Positions 28,065 to 37,719 of a stretch of 38,964 nucleotides of DNA are shown in pieces. The position numbers were made by a program, and so were the translations under genes. The stretch lies in UHGV virus genome UHGV-0287902; one strand, written 5' to 3'. Within the stretch, counting starts at the first letter, position 1. Every line of letters begins with the position of its first letter. This DNA is from a virus. The notes under the pieces are model-generated. The model was not told where the DNA came from and made no database searches. It saw nothing but the letters and a program-made list of their open reading frames with translations.

Positions 28065-29172
28065 ACTGTATATCGGCGGCAGTATTTTTTCCGGCTGGCT
28101 GACGGTCAGCGTCCGTCGCTCGCTGGAGCATCTGGCCGGGTCGTTTGAACTGGGGCTGATGCTGCCCGGTGAGCGCATCCCCTCAGCCCTGCGGACCGGT
28201 CAGTCCCTGACGCTCAGAATTAACGGGCAGACGGTCATCAGTGGCTGGCTGGATCAGGTCAGTCAGCGGATCAGTGCAACCCGTCATCAGATCAGCATCA
28301 GCGGTCGGGATAAAACCGGCGACCTGGTGGACTGTGCCGCCATCCATCCCGGCAGCCAGTGGCGCAACCGGACGCTGGCACAGATTGCCGCAGATTTATG
28401 TGCGCCCTTCGGGATAGCCGTGCGCTGGCAGGTTAACGACGACACGGCTGCACGCCCCTTCAGCTCTTTTACGCTGGAAAACTCAGAAACCGTGGCGGAT
28501 GCGCTGACCCGTGCTGCCCGGCATCGCGGGGTGCTGGTGACCAGTAATGCTGACGGCGATCTGGTGTTCACCCAGGCAGGAAGCCAGCAGACGGACAGAC
28601 TGGTGCTGGGAGATAACCTGCTTGATGCCGATTACAACACGGACTGGCGAGGACGATACAGCGAATACCGTGTCCGGGGACACGGGCGCGGTGGTGGCAA
28701 ACGGGGAGACAGCGAATCCGCCGCCCGTCTGGCAGCACCTGTGGGCGTCATCAGTGATGAGCAGATCGGCCGCTACCGGCCGAAAATCATCCTCGCCGAT
28801 CAACAGACAGACATCACCGGTGCACGGCAGCGTGCCCTGCGTGAAATGCGCCGTGCGATTGCCCGTTCAGAACGGTTTTCTGCCACCGTGCGTGGCTGGT
28901 TCCGGGATGATGGCCGGTTATGGGATGTCAATCTGCTGACCGGTGTTTCAGCCCTGCGTTTCGGTATAGAACAGACTGAACTGCTGGTCTGTCAGGTAGA
29001 GTTTTTACTTGATGAACATAACGGGGAAGTCACCCAGCTGGTACTGGCACCGCGTGACGGCTTTATCGTTCCGGCAGAGCCGGACAGTAAGGGCCGGGGT
29101 GGTTCCGGTGACGATGTTGATGCCTTTATTCGCCAGCAGATGAAAAAACAGGGGATCAGCTTTGATGAATGA
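28048..29172 (+). CDS. P: baseplate hub / tail protein (Mu P-like)
   Basis: 374 aa, synteny. Confidence 0.8.
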   Translation: MSSRIELYIGGSIFSGWLTVSVRRSLEHLAGSFELGLMLPGERIPSALRTGQSLTLRINGQTVISGWLDQVSQRISATRHQISISGRDKTGDLVDCAAIHPGSQWRNRTLAQIAADLCAPFGIAVRWQVNDDTAARPFSSFTLENSETVADALTRAARHRGVLVTSNADGDLVFTQAGSQQTDRLVLGDNLLDADYNTDWRGRYSEYRVRGHGRGGGKRGDSESAARLAAPVGVISDEQIGRYRPKIILADQQTDITGARQRALREMRRAIARSERFSATVRGWFRDDGRLWDVNLLTGVSALRFGIEQTELLVCQVEFLLDEHNGEVTQLVLAPRDGFIVPAEPDSKGRGGSGDDVDAFIRQQMKKQGISFDE

Positions 29173-29776
29173 TGAAGTGTTCAGCCGCCTGATTGCCCCG
29201 GTAACGCGCGGTATTCGCCTGTTGTTTGGCCGGGGCGTTCTGACCGGCACACATGACGAACTGAAAATGCAGAATGTGCAGCTCACCGGCATGGACGGCG
29301 AAACCTTTGATGATGTGGAGCGTCCCCAGCAGTACGGGCAGATCAGCGTTCCCCTGCCGGGTGCGGAAACCTTTTTTGCCTGTCTGGGCGGACAGCGGGA
29401 TCAGACTGTGGTGCTTGTGGTGGAAGACCGGCGCAGCCGCCCGACCGGACTCACAGCCGGAGATACGGGGGTGTATCACCATGAGGGGCACCGGATACGG
29501 TTAACAAAGGATGGTCGCATTATTGTGACATGCAAAATGCTGGAGATTTACGCCGATGAGGGGATGCGGGTGGATACGCCGGAGGCCACCTTTACGGGCA
29601 ATGTGACGGTGGATAAAAACCTGCATGTTAAGGGTAATTTCGTGCTTGATGGTACAGGTAAATCAGACGGGCTGTTCACGATGTCTGATGCCGTTATTGC
29701 CGGGATCACCTATTCCGGCCATGTGCATCAGGATAACGGCAAAGGCAGTAAGACAGGAGCGCCGGAGAATGGCTGA
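29162..29776 (+). CDS. baseplate spike/assembly protein (Mu gp45-like)
   Basis: 204 aa, synteny. Confidence 0.75.
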   Translation: MMNDEVFSRLIAPVTRGIRLLFGRGVLTGTHDELKMQNVQLTGMDGETFDDVERPQQYGQISVPLPGAETFFACLGGQRDQTVVLVVEDRRSRPTGLTAGDTGVYHHEGHRIRLTKDGRIIVTCKMLEIYADEGMRVDTPEATFTGNVTVDKNLHVKGNFVLDGTGKSDGLFTMSDAVIAGITYSGHVHQDNGKGSKTGAPENG

Positions 29777-30206
29777 TATTGCAATTGTATGGGATCAGGG
29801 GTGCGGTTCGCTGCAACTGAACGGTGCCGACCTGCTGACGGATGACAGTCTGCTGACGGCCGTTCTGATTTCGCTGTTTACTGACCGCCGGGCGCTGGCA
29901 TCGGATGAAATCCCTGACGGTACGCGTGACCGCCGGGGATGGTGGGGAGACAGTTTTCGCCCGCGTCCCATTGGCTCCCGTCTGTGGCTTCTCCGCCGGG
30001 AAAAAACGCTGGCCTCCGTGATAAGCCGTGCCCGTGCCTATGCGGATGAGGCGCTGGGCTGGCTCAGTCAGGATGGCGTGGCGTCATCCGTGGTCTGTCA
30101 TGCAGAACGTGTGGGGCACGCGCGGCTGGCGCTTTCGGTGCGCATAACCCTGCCTGATGGTTCAGTGAGGCCCATGATTTTTTATGCTGATCTTAAGGGG
30201 GAGTAA
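29769..30206 (+). CDS. baseplate protein (Mu gp46-like)
   Basis: ATG 29769 overlaps gp45 stop (ATGGCTGA); track ORF begins 29625. Confidence 0.7.
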   Translation: MADIAIVWDQGCGSLQLNGADLLTDDSLLTAVLISLFTDRRALASDEIPDGTRDRRGWWGDSFRPRPIGSRLWLLRREKTLASVISRARAYADEALGWLSQDGVASSVVCHAERVGHARLALSVRITLPDGSVRPMIFYADLKGE

Positions 30207-31288
30207 TGCCTTATCAGCCTTTACCGCTGGCACAGTTAATCACGCAGACACAGCAGGATATCAGCCAGCGCCTGCCCGGCTCGCAGCCGGGTGTGAATGA
30301 AACCACCCTGAATGCCATTGCTTACGCTCAGGCAGGGTTATCTGCTCAGGAGCATGAGCATCTGGCCTGGATTGCGCGTCAGATCATCCCGACCGAAGCC
30401 GATGAAGCCGAACTGCTGAAACACTGTGCATTCTGGGGCGTCATGCGTAAGCCTGCCTCTCGGGGGGACGGGCCGGTTCAGCTGATGCTGACCACGGATG
30501 CGGGGATCAAGGAAGGTGTGCTTCTCCAGCGAAGTGATGGCGTGGTTTACCGTATCACCACCTCACTGACCGGTAAGGCCGGTACGCTGAATGTCAGTGT
30601 GGAAGCCGAAAGTGCCGGTCGTGCGGGGAATGCCCCGGCAGGGACAAAACTGACATTTATCACACCGCAGGCGGGGATCAACCAGACGGCCACGGTGACA
30701 GGAACGGGGATCACCGGTGGTGCGGATGTGGAAACCGTGCCGGAGCTGCTTTCCCGTCTGGTTTTCCGGGTGCAGAATCCACCGTCCGGCGGCACGCAGT
30801 ATGATTTTGAACGCTGGGCGCGTGAAGTGCCGGGTGTGACGCGGGCATGGTGCCGCCCGGAATGGCCGCAGGCGGGCAGCGTGGGGGTAACGTTTGTTCA
30901 GGATAATAACCCGGATATTTTCCCCGGTGACGGTGATGTTCAGCGGGTGGCGGATTATATCCGCAGTCATGATGATCCGGCGACCGGCCAGCCTGTCGGA
31001 CAGCCTCTGGGGCCGACGGTGACCGTGTTTAAACTGACCAATAAGCCGGTGCCCTTCAGCATCAGGATCATCCCGAAAACACCGGAGAATCAGGCGGCCG
31101 TAAAACAGGCGCTGACCGACCTGTTATACAACGAATCCCGGCCCGGCGGTCTGGTTCTGCCGTCGTCTTTCTGGCGTGCTGTGGCGGGGGTGAAAAATCT
31201 GGAGGATTTTGAAGTGCGCAGTCCGCTGACGTCAGTTCAGGCGGGAGACAGTGAGCTGCTGACGGTGGGAGAAATCACATGGCTGTAA
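30206..31288 (+). CDS. baseplate J-like protein (Mu gp47-like)
   Basis: 360 aa, synteny. Confidence 0.85.
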   Translation: MPYQPLPLAQLITQTQQDISQRLPGSQPGVNETTLNAIAYAQAGLSAQEHEHLAWIARQIIPTEADEAELLKHCAFWGVMRKPASRGDGPVQLMLTTDAGIKEGVLLQRSDGVVYRITTSLTGKAGTLNVSVEAESAGRAGNAPAGTKLTFITPQAGINQTATVTGTGITGGADVETVPELLSRLVFRVQNPPSGGTQYDFERWAREVPGVTRAWCRPEWPQAGSVGVTFVQDNNPDIFPGDGDVQRVADYIRSHDDPATGQPVGQPLGPTVTVFKLTNKPVPFSIRIIPKTPENQAAVKQALTDLLYNESRPGGLVLPSSFWRAVAGVKNLEDFEVRSPLTSVQAGDSELLTVGEITWL

Positions 31289-31839
31289 CCCTGACCCCAC
31301 ATCAGCGCGCCCTGTTGCAGTTACTGCCTGACGGGCTGGCATGGGACAAGCGTCCGTCATCCGTACTGGCATCATTATGTCTGGGCCTCAGTCATTCGAC
31401 AGCGCGTGTATCCTGGACGGGTAAACAGCTGCTTGCCGAGCGTTTCCCTGACACGTCGCGCCTGCTGCTGGAAGACTGGGAGCGTTATCTCGGGCTTCCC
31501 GAGTGTGATATGGCCGGAGCCACCCTCACGGAGCGACAGCGTTATGCCGGCAATAAATACCGGATGAAGCCCTCGCTGAACCGTGAATTTTATATCCGGT
31601 TTGCGGCGGAGTTTGGTTATCAGATTGACATTCAGCCCTCACCGGATTCGCAGTGGGTCAGTATTGTCACGATTAACAGTGAAACCGGCTACCGGAATAT
31701 GAATGTGCTGGATGATATTCTCACGCCGCTGCGTATTTATGAAGGCGGTGCGCTGGAATGTATTCTGAACCGTTATAAGCCTGCATGGCAGACGTTTATT
31801 TACGTTTATGCAAACAGCCATGAAGAGGAGACTATTTAA
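31279..31839 (+). CDS. tail protein (Mu gp48-like)
   Basis: 186 aa, precedes tail fibre gene. Confidence 0.75.
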   Translation: MAVTLTPHQRALLQLLPDGLAWDKRPSSVLASLCLGLSHSTARVSWTGKQLLAERFPDTSRLLLEDWERYLGLPECDMAGATLTERQRYAGNKYRMKPSLNREFYIRFAAEFGYQIDIQPSPDSQWVSIVTINSETGYRNMNVLDDILTPLRIYEGGALECILNRYKPAWQTFIYVYANSHEEETI

Positions 31840-32720
31840 TGTTTCATGTTGATAATAATTCCGGCGTGGCGAATATGCCTGCGCTGGCACCGGCGCAGAG
31901 TAATACCACCACCTGGTTTACCGAAGGTGACGGACAAAAAGGTATCAGCTGGATTGGTCAGGACTGGCTGAATATTATCCAGGCCGAACTGCTGAATATT
32001 CTGGCTGAAGCCAGTATTCAGCCGGATAAGGCGCAGTTAAACCAGCTTACGCTGTCCATTAAAGCCATTATCGCTGCGAATGCCTTTTCCCGGAAAAATA
32101 ACCTGAAAGAAATTGCTGATGCCGGTGCGGAGGCCCAGCGTCTGGCCCGTGGTTATCTTGGTCTGGGGACGCTTGCCACAAAAAACAGTCTTGGTCCCGC
32201 TGACGTTAATGCCCTGGCGAAGGATCAGAATCTCGCCGACCTGGAGAATAAGGGAACCGCCCGTAATAATCTGGATGTTTACAGCAAAAGCGAAGGTGAT
32301 AACCGTTACCTGCGCAGGGAGCAGAACGGCGCAGACATTCCGGATAAAGGGGCTTTTATCGATAACGTCGGTTTACGGGAAACGGTGAATAAGGCGGCGA
32401 ATGCTCTGCCATCGTACGGAACGGCCGTTGCCGCGAACAGGCTGGCAAATGCCCACACAATTAATGGTGTTCCCTTTGACGGGACGCAGGATATCACTAT
32501 CTCATCAGGAACAGTAACCGCCATAAGACTGGGGTCGGTGACCGCACATATGCCCGGAACATGGGAAAGCTGGGATCTGAATCTGTGGGGCGGCAATGTT
32601 CTTACCGGAATTAAAGTACAGGATGTCGGTAAGAATACGGCAGATAACGTCGGCGGCGTGTATTACCGGTCGTTGCAGTATCTGTTAAATGGAGCATGGG
32701 TGACGGCTGCAAGTATATAA
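31839..32720 (+). CDS. S: tail fibre protein: constant part to about 32368 fused to variable C-terminal cassette in current orientation
   Basis: 293 aa; inversion crossover site lies in codon about 177. Confidence 0.85.
   Translation: MFHVDNNSGVANMPALAPAQSNTTTWFTEGDGQKGISWIGQDWLNIIQAELLNILAEASIQPDKAQLNQLTLSIKAIIAANAFSRKNNLKEIADAGAEAQRLARGYLGLGTLATKNSLGPADVNALAKDQNLADLENKGTARNNLDVYSKSEGDNRYLRREQNGADIPDKGAFIDNVGLRETVNKAANALPSYGTAVAANRLANAHTINGVPFDGTQDITISSGTVTAIRLGSVTAHMPGTWESWDLNLWGGNVLTGIKVQDVGKNTADNVGGVYYRSLQYLLNGAWVTAASI
32356..32381 (+). other. gix-like recombination site, left
   Basis: TTATCGATAACG-TC-GGTTTACGGGAA, close to the Mu gix sequence as I recall it. Confidence 0.7.
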
Positions 32721-32729
32721 TGATATTCA

Positions 32730-32753
32730 GAAGGCCTTCCGGCCTTCTTTATT
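32730..32753. terminator. bidirectional hairpin between convergent fibre and fibre-assembly genes
   Basis: GAAGGCC-ttcc-GGCCTTC followed by TTTATT. Confidence 0.5.
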
Positions 32754-33273
32754 ACTGTGGCTGCTCAGGCCATTTAATGGCGTTAAATTCAGCTTCTGTT
32801 TTAATGGCGGGCAGTTCCATTTTCTTCACCTGACTGATGTATGCCATCCATTGGGTAAGTGCTGCTCTGTCTTCATCGCTGATGGTGTCCAGTTGTAGCT
32901 CCGTTCTCCAGTCATTAATTTTTTCATATGCCTGATTAAGATATGACTGGCGCATTGCTTCCAGTTTTCTTGCGTAGTTAACCGGAATACGGGAGATTAT
33001 GCCATTATCAAACTTCCAGTTTCCTGAAATATCCGTGCCTTCAGGGAGTTCATCGACCTCAACCACAGAAAACCCCGCAGGATACAGCGCCGAGGCGTCC
33101 TGTGATATTGAGCAGATAACGCCGCTGTCAGGTGTTATGCAAAGTTTATATTTTTTGGTGAATAATGGCAGGGATTCGTAGAAATCCTTACCATCTTCAC
33201 TCTGGAAATACTGAACATTATTACCATATGGCATATTTTCAGGATAATAACGGGTTATATTTTTTAGTTCCAT
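32752..33273 (-). CDS. tail fibre assembly protein (U'-type chaperone), silent orientation
   Basis: 173 aa; directly downstream of the minus-strand alternative fibre cassette. Confidence 0.8.
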   Translation of the reverse strand: MELKNITRYYPENMPYGNNVQYFQSEDGKDFYESLPLFTKKYKLCITPDSGVICSISQDASALYPAGFSVVEVDELPEGTDISGNWKFDNGIISRIPVNYARKLEAMRQSYLNQAYEKINDWRTELQLDTISDEDRAALTQWMAYISQVKKMELPAIKTEAEFNAIKWPEQPQ

Positions 33274-33324
33274 AAAATCCTCCTGGAAATAAATCTGTTT
33301 TAAAATATATTATTTACTGACTAT

Positions 33325-33686
33325 TTATAACTGAGATACCGTAATCCATGTACCTCCGACTAATTTTTGCAGGGGTCTGAATGCTATAAAATCGTTTGAA
33401 GCATCAACTTTACTGTCAATCTGCAGGCCTGCCATAACATTACCGTACGCAGAGTAATATGCCCCACCGTACATTACCTGCCTGTTCTCTGCTCCCAGCC
33501 TGATATCCTGGATATATCGGGAATCCGCATCCTGCTGTGTTATACCAGAAGTGATGTTTATGTCCTGCGTCCCGTCAAAGGGAACCCCATTAATATTTCT
33601 TGGGGTGGCGAGTCTATTCGCGGCAACGGCGGTGCCGTCCGATGGCAGAGCATTCGCCGCCCTGTTTACCGTTTCCCGTAAACCGA
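33325..33686 (-). CDS. alternative tail-fibre C-terminal cassette (Sv'), no own start
   Basis: Minus frame open from right gix site to TAA at 33325-33327; encodes ...[29 protein letters not shown]...[16 protein letters not shown]...VGGTWITVSQL; in frame with constant part after inversion. Confidence 0.6.
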
Positions 33687-33698
33687 GGTTTTCAGGAA
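33673..33698 (-). other. gix-like recombination site, right
   Basis: Plus strand TTCCCGTAAACC-GA-GGTTTTCAGGAA, inverted copy of left site. Confidence 0.7.
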
Positions 33699-33763
33699 AG
33701 CCAGGATTAACTCTGTTTTATTCCTCATGCGACAATTCCGGCTTTTTATAATAAGGAAATCGT

Positions 33764-34336
33764 ATGCTGATTGGGTATATCAGGGTGTCAACAAATGACC
33801 AGAATACGGCGCTACAAAGAAATGCGCTGGAATGTGCAGGATGTGAGCTGTTTTTCGAAGACAGAATAAGCGGTAAGACAAGGGAGCGTCCCGGACTTAA
33901 ACGCGCATTAAAGCGACTCCGGCCAGGGGATACCCTGCTGGTCTGGAAACTGGATCGCCTTGGACGCAGTATGCAGCACCTTGTCCTTTTAACAGAAGAA
34001 CTCCGGCAACGCGGCGTTAACTTCCGCAGCATTACGGACAATATTGATACATCCACTCCCATGGGACGTTTCTTTTTCCATATAATGGGCGCGCTGGCGG
34101 AAATGGAGCGGGAACTCATTATTGAACGTACACGCGCGGGTCTTGCTGCTGCCCGTGCTCAGGGGCGTCATGGCGGCAGACCTCAGAAACTGACAGAGAA
34201 AGAGCGGGAGCAAATCGCCCGTTTGCTGGCTAATGGCGAGTCCCGTAAACAAATCGCACTGATATTTGATATTGGCCTTTCCACCCTTTATCGTTATTTT
34301 CCTGCCTCACCAGCTCCGTCACCAAAAGTACCGTGA
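33764..34336 (+). CDS. gin: serine DNA invertase (Gin/Hin/Pin family)
   Basis: 190 aa; N-terminal GYIRVSTNDQ catalytic-serine motif; C-terminal HTH; RBS AAGGAAAT. Confidence 0.95.
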   Translation: MLIGYIRVSTNDQNTALQRNALECAGCELFFEDRISGKTRERPGLKRALKRLRPGDTLLVWKLDRLGRSMQHLVLLTEELRQRGVNFRSITDNIDTSTPMGRFFFHIMGALAEMERELIIERTRAGLAAARAQGRHGGRPQKLTEKEREQIARLLANGESRKQIALIFDIGLSTLYRYFPASPAPSPKVP

Positions 34337-34421
34337 CGCTTTTTTGAATTTCCGCAAAACACATATTTTTCAGCGGTCGCTATTCTGACTCTGTTTAATT
34401 CAGAAACAGGCAGAAAAGACG

Positions 34422-36476
34422 ATGTCAGACTCCAAGTGGAAAATGCTCTCCGCCATGCCCGGAGAGTTTTCAGTCAAGGTTGCCGGTGGCACGGTGGCAT
34501 TTATTGAAAGCCCTTTCCGCCCTTCGGGTAATAAAGGGGGGATCACCTTCGCAGACTGCGTGATCCGCTTCAGCACGAAAGAGCCATTATGGGTAATGCC
34601 GGTATCCGGTAATCCCAGTGCAGAAATCACCAGTTCAGGCGTGACTGGCATCATTCCAATCACATCTGACGTGGCCGGAACGCTCACGCCCTCCGACTGG
34701 AATGCACCGGATAACGCCGGGCCTTCCGGTAGCACGAATGGCAGCAGTTCAGAGCCGGAATATTACTTTGTTGTCATTCTCGCGGGTCAGTCAAATGGCA
34801 TGGCCTACGGCGAGGGGCTGCCGTTACCGGATTCGTTTGACCGCCCGGACCCACGCATTAAGCAACTGGCACGCCGCAGTACGGTAACGCCCAACGGTAC
34901 GTCGTGTACATACAACGACATCATTCCGGCAGACCACTGCCTGCATGATGTTCAGGATATGAGCGGGATAAACCACCCGAAAGCTGATCTGGCAAAAGGC
35001 CAGTACGGGACTGTCGGTCAGGGGTTGCATATTGCCAAAAAACTGCTTCCCTATATCCCACAGAATGCCGGGATACTTCTGGTGCCCTGTTGTCGTGGCG
35101 GGTCAGCATTCACCACTGGAGCCGACGGCTCATTCAGTGAGGCCAGCGGTGCTTCCGCTGATTCTTCACGCTGGGGGGCCGGTAAACCTCTGTATCAGGA
35201 CCTGGTAAGCCGCACCAAAGTCGCGCTGGCGAAAAACCCGAAAAACAAACTTCTGGCTGTGGTCTGGATGCAGGGAGAGGCAGACCTTGCCTCAGGAAGC
35301 CAGCAGCATAATAGTTTATTCACGGCCATGGTTCAGCAGTTCAGAACTGACCTGGCTCCGCTTGCTGCGCAGTGCGTGAGTGGAAATGCCACCACGGTGC
35401 CGTGGATTTGCGGTGATACCACGTATTACTGGAAAAACGCTGGCACCGATAAATATGAGGCAGTATACGGTGGCTACAAAGGCAAGGAAGCACAGAAAAT
35501 TTTCTTTGTACCGTTCCTGACGGATGAGAATGGACAGAGCACGCCAACGAATGCTCCGGCGGAAGACCCGGATATTGTGGCTGTCGGGTATTACGGTGCA
35601 GCATCCCGAACCCAGGGCAGTTTTGTTTCGACACAGCGTGACAGCCATTTCAGCTCATGGGCACGCAGGGGCGTCATTTCAGACCGTCTGGCCTCAGCTA
35701 TTATGCTCCATGCAGGGCGCACGGCTGAACTGATGCGCGGGCAGACCGTGACACCACCGGATGAGAAGCCGTCACCTGATACACCATCAAAACCGTCCAC
35801 GCCACCCGCAGACACCACGACGATGAGTACGCTATTTGCTTACCGGGCATCTGAGTCTGAAGGACGGTTGACACCACAGGGTTGGGCTGCCGGAGGTGGC
35901 AAGGCTCAAATCGTGGATGATGCCGGAGCCAGCGGGGGTAAGGCAATGAAACTGACCAAGGAAACAGGAAGAGCCCCCTGGTACCTTGAGCATGATGCTG
36001 GTAATGGTGCGGACCTGCTGGGTAAAGGTGGTCTTGTCAGTTGTCGTTTTAAACTCGATGGCGCGCTTACGGCTAATCAGTACGCACTGGCGCTGTACTG
36101 GCCGGTTTCTGCCCTGCCGCAAGGGGTTACTCTGGAAGGAAATGCCGGTCATAACCTGCTGGCATCGTTCTACGTACAGAGCGATGCCACAGACCTTAAC
36201 GTGATGTATCACAAAGGAAACACGGCGCAGAACACGAAGTTGGGGTCATTCGGCGCATTTAATAACGAATGGCATACGCTGGGCTTCCGTTTTGCCGGTA
36301 ACAACAGTATTGAGGTGACGCCGGTCATTGATGGTAAGGACGGGACACCATTCATGCTGTCGCAGTCTTCGGTCGGCACGTTTACGGCAGACAAGTTGCG
36401 CGTGACCGATATCACTAAAAATGCGACTTACCCGGTACTGATTGACAGTATCGTGGTGGAAGTGAATAACGCGTAA
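34422..36476 (+). CDS. SASA-domain carbohydrate O-acetylesterase (NanS-like) with C-terminal jelly-roll-like domain
   Basis: 684 aa; ILAGQSNGMAYGE motif, later RDSHF; Pro/Ser/Thr linker PPDEKPSPDTPSKPSTPPADTT; weak RBS. Confidence 0.8.
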   Translation: MSDSKWKMLSAMPGEFSVKVAGGTVAFIESPFRPSGNKGGITFADCVIRFSTKEPLWVMPVSGNPSAEITSSGVTGIIPITSDVAGTLTPSDWNAPDNAGPSGSTNGSSSEPEYYFVVILAGQSNGMAYGEGLPLPDSFDRPDPRIKQLARRSTVTPNGTSCTYNDIIPADHCLHDVQDMSGINHPKADLAKGQYGTVGQGLHIAKKLLPYIPQNAGILLVPCCRGGSAFTTGADGSFSEASGASADSSRWGAGKPLYQDLVSRTKVALAKNPKNKLLAVVWMQGEADLASGSQQHNSLFTAMVQQFRTDLAPLAAQCVSGNATTVPWICGDTTYYWKNAGTDKYEAVYGGYKGKEAQKIFFVPFLTDENGQSTPTNAPAEDPDIVAVGYYGAASRTQGSFVSTQRDSHFSSWARRGVISDRLASAIMLHAGRTAELMRGQTVTPPDEKPSPDTPSKPSTPPADTTTMSTLFAYRASESEGRLTPQGWAAGGGKAQIVDDAGASGGKAMKLTKETGRAPWYLEHDAGNGADLLGKGGLVSCRFKLDGALTANQYALALYWPVSALPQGVTLEGNAGHNLLASFYVQSDATDLNVMYHKGNTAQNTKLGSFGAFNNEWHTLGFRFAGNNSIEVTPVIDGKDGTPFMLSQSSVGTFTADKLRVTDITKNATYPVLIDSIVVEVNNA

Positions 36477-36482
36477 GCAGGA

Positions 36483-36525
36483 TAAAAAAATGCCGCCGGT
36501 AAGGGAAAACAAGAAACCGGCGGCA
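36483..36525 (-). terminator. hairpin terminator oriented for minus-strand transcripts
   Basis: 10-bp stem TGCCGCCGGT/ACCGGCGGCA, 15-nt loop; T-run only on minus strand. Confidence 0.45.
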
Positions 36526-36620
36526 AAAAGATCGTTATATCCAAAGCAAAAAATGCAGTGCACCTTTTTACCTAACAGATATTACCGGTGTCAACACCAT
36601 GTCAATAATTGGGAGGGATA

Positions 36621-36803
36621 ATGACATTTTTACAGCTTATTTTATTGTATTTCTGCACGGCAGTATGTGCGTTATATCTGGTGAGTGGTGGTTATAAGGC
36701 CATCAGAAATTATGTTCGCCGCAAAATTGAGGACGCAGCAGCTGAAAAACTCAGTAAAACAGCGCAGGCAACTCCGCTCCCAAAAGACCCGACCCAGCCC
36801 TGA
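36621..36803 (+). CDS. small membrane protein
   Basis: 60 aa from ATG 36621 with GGGAGGG RBS; one N-terminal TM helix. Confidence 0.55.
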   Translation: MTFLQLILLYFCTAVCALYLVSGGYKAIRNYVRRKIEDAAAEKLSKTAQATPLPKDPTQP

Positions 36804-36838
36804 TTGCAGGGCTTTATTCCCGCATAAGGAGGATATAC

Positions 36839-37093
36839 ATGCCAGAAATTAAAGGCACCGTCACTGAAGACCTGGTAAAACAGGCACTGTATTCCGGTGA
36901 AGTAAATAAGTTGCTGAAAGCGCAGGTCCGCAAGGATTTTGAGGCACAAATCGACACTTACGTTGATGAGGTGCTGGAAAAACTTATTGGGCCAGCAGCA
37001 GCGGCCAGTGATGCTGATAATGAACCGAAAACCGACGCGCAGCCAGAGCAACCAGAACCGGCTCAGCCCGGAACTGACAGCACCATGATGTAA
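36839..37093 (+). CDS. small acidic protein
   Basis: 84 aa; strong RBS AAGGAGGA; acidic Pro/Glu-rich C-terminus. Confidence 0.6.
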   Translation: MPEIKGTVTEDLVKQALYSGEVNKLLKAQVRKDFEAQIDTYVDEVLEKLIGPAAAASDADNEPKTDAQPEQPEPAQPGTDSTMM

Positions 37094-37100
37094 CAATACA

Positions 37101-37131
37101 AACCGGCAGTTTCTCCTGTCGGTTTTATTTT
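37101..37131 (+). terminator. intrinsic terminator after acidic protein gene
   Basis: AACCGGCAG-tttctc-CTGTCGGTT (one G-U) followed by TTATTTT. Confidence 0.55.
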
Positions 37132-37168
37132 CATGGGCGCTTTATATACCAATCAGAGGACAATAATC

Positions 37169-37369
37169 ATGGACAAGAATAAAAAGCAACCTGATACCAA
37201 AGGCCTGGAAAGATTAAGCGCGGAAATTATCAATGCGCTACGTTCAGGACTTGATGAAGATACATTACAGGATCGAAACTTCGCCACCGCAATGTGGATA
37301 GCTATGCAGATCCTGTGTACCCCAAGATGCGCTATTTTTGCGGTTCGCGAAGGTCAACTGACTCGCTGA
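37169..37369 (+). CDS. hypothetical small protein
   Basis: 66 aa from ATG 37169 with AGAGGA RBS; track ORF begins 37133. Confidence 0.45.
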   Translation: MDKNKKQPDTKGLERLSAEIINALRSGLDEDTLQDRNFATAMWIAMQILCTPRCAIFAVREGQLTR

Positions 37370-37538
37370 TTGCACGAATTACATCAGAAAAGCACGCGTT
37401 CCATAACTGCATAGCGGATGAATCACCTGCTGTATGAAAAGAGGTAAAGTTACCCCTGGTGGATGTCATTGCTGCAATTGTAATATCAGCTGCAATTCGC
37501 GCAGCCTGTAACTTTGGGTCTGTGGTTAGTTTATCCAT
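37332..37538 (-). CDS. hypothetical small protein, convergent with 37169-37369
   Basis: 68 aa; AGGA 3 nt upstream of ATG; 38-bp 3' overlap with plus ORF. Confidence 0.3.
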   Translation of the reverse strand: MDKLTTDPKLQAARIAADITIAAMTSTRGNFTSFHTAGDSSAMQLWNACFSDVIRAISESVDLREPQK

Positions 37539-37645
37539 TTTTCCTGCCTGAACAGATATATCTCTGCTTTACAGGAGACCGGGGAATATCATAGGATACG
37601 CCACGAGCTCGAAGTAAAGCATTGATGCAAGTTTTTACAGATTGA

Positions 37646-37684
37646 CCCAGCATAGTTCCAGCTATGCTGGGTTTCCCTTTTATG
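37646..37684 (+). terminator. strong intrinsic terminator upstream of com-mom control region
   Basis: 10-bp stem CCCAGCATAG/CTATGCTGGG, loop ttccag, then TTTCCCTTTTAT. Confidence 0.65.
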
Positions 37685-37719
37685 TAGTATCCTGTTGATT
37701 TGAAACATACTACATATGC

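Larger units (their letters stand above)
32369..33685. other. Gin-invertible tail-fibre segment (about 1.3 kb)
   Basis: Flanked by inverted gix-like sites; about 120 bp of imperfect inverted homology inside each boundary; Sv(+), U'(-), Sv'(-) inside; gin adjacent. Confidence 0.75.

Noticed and set aside
36710-37096. 128-aa minus-strand ORF
   Set aside because: Antisense to two + ORFs that have strong RBSs; low-complexity translation.
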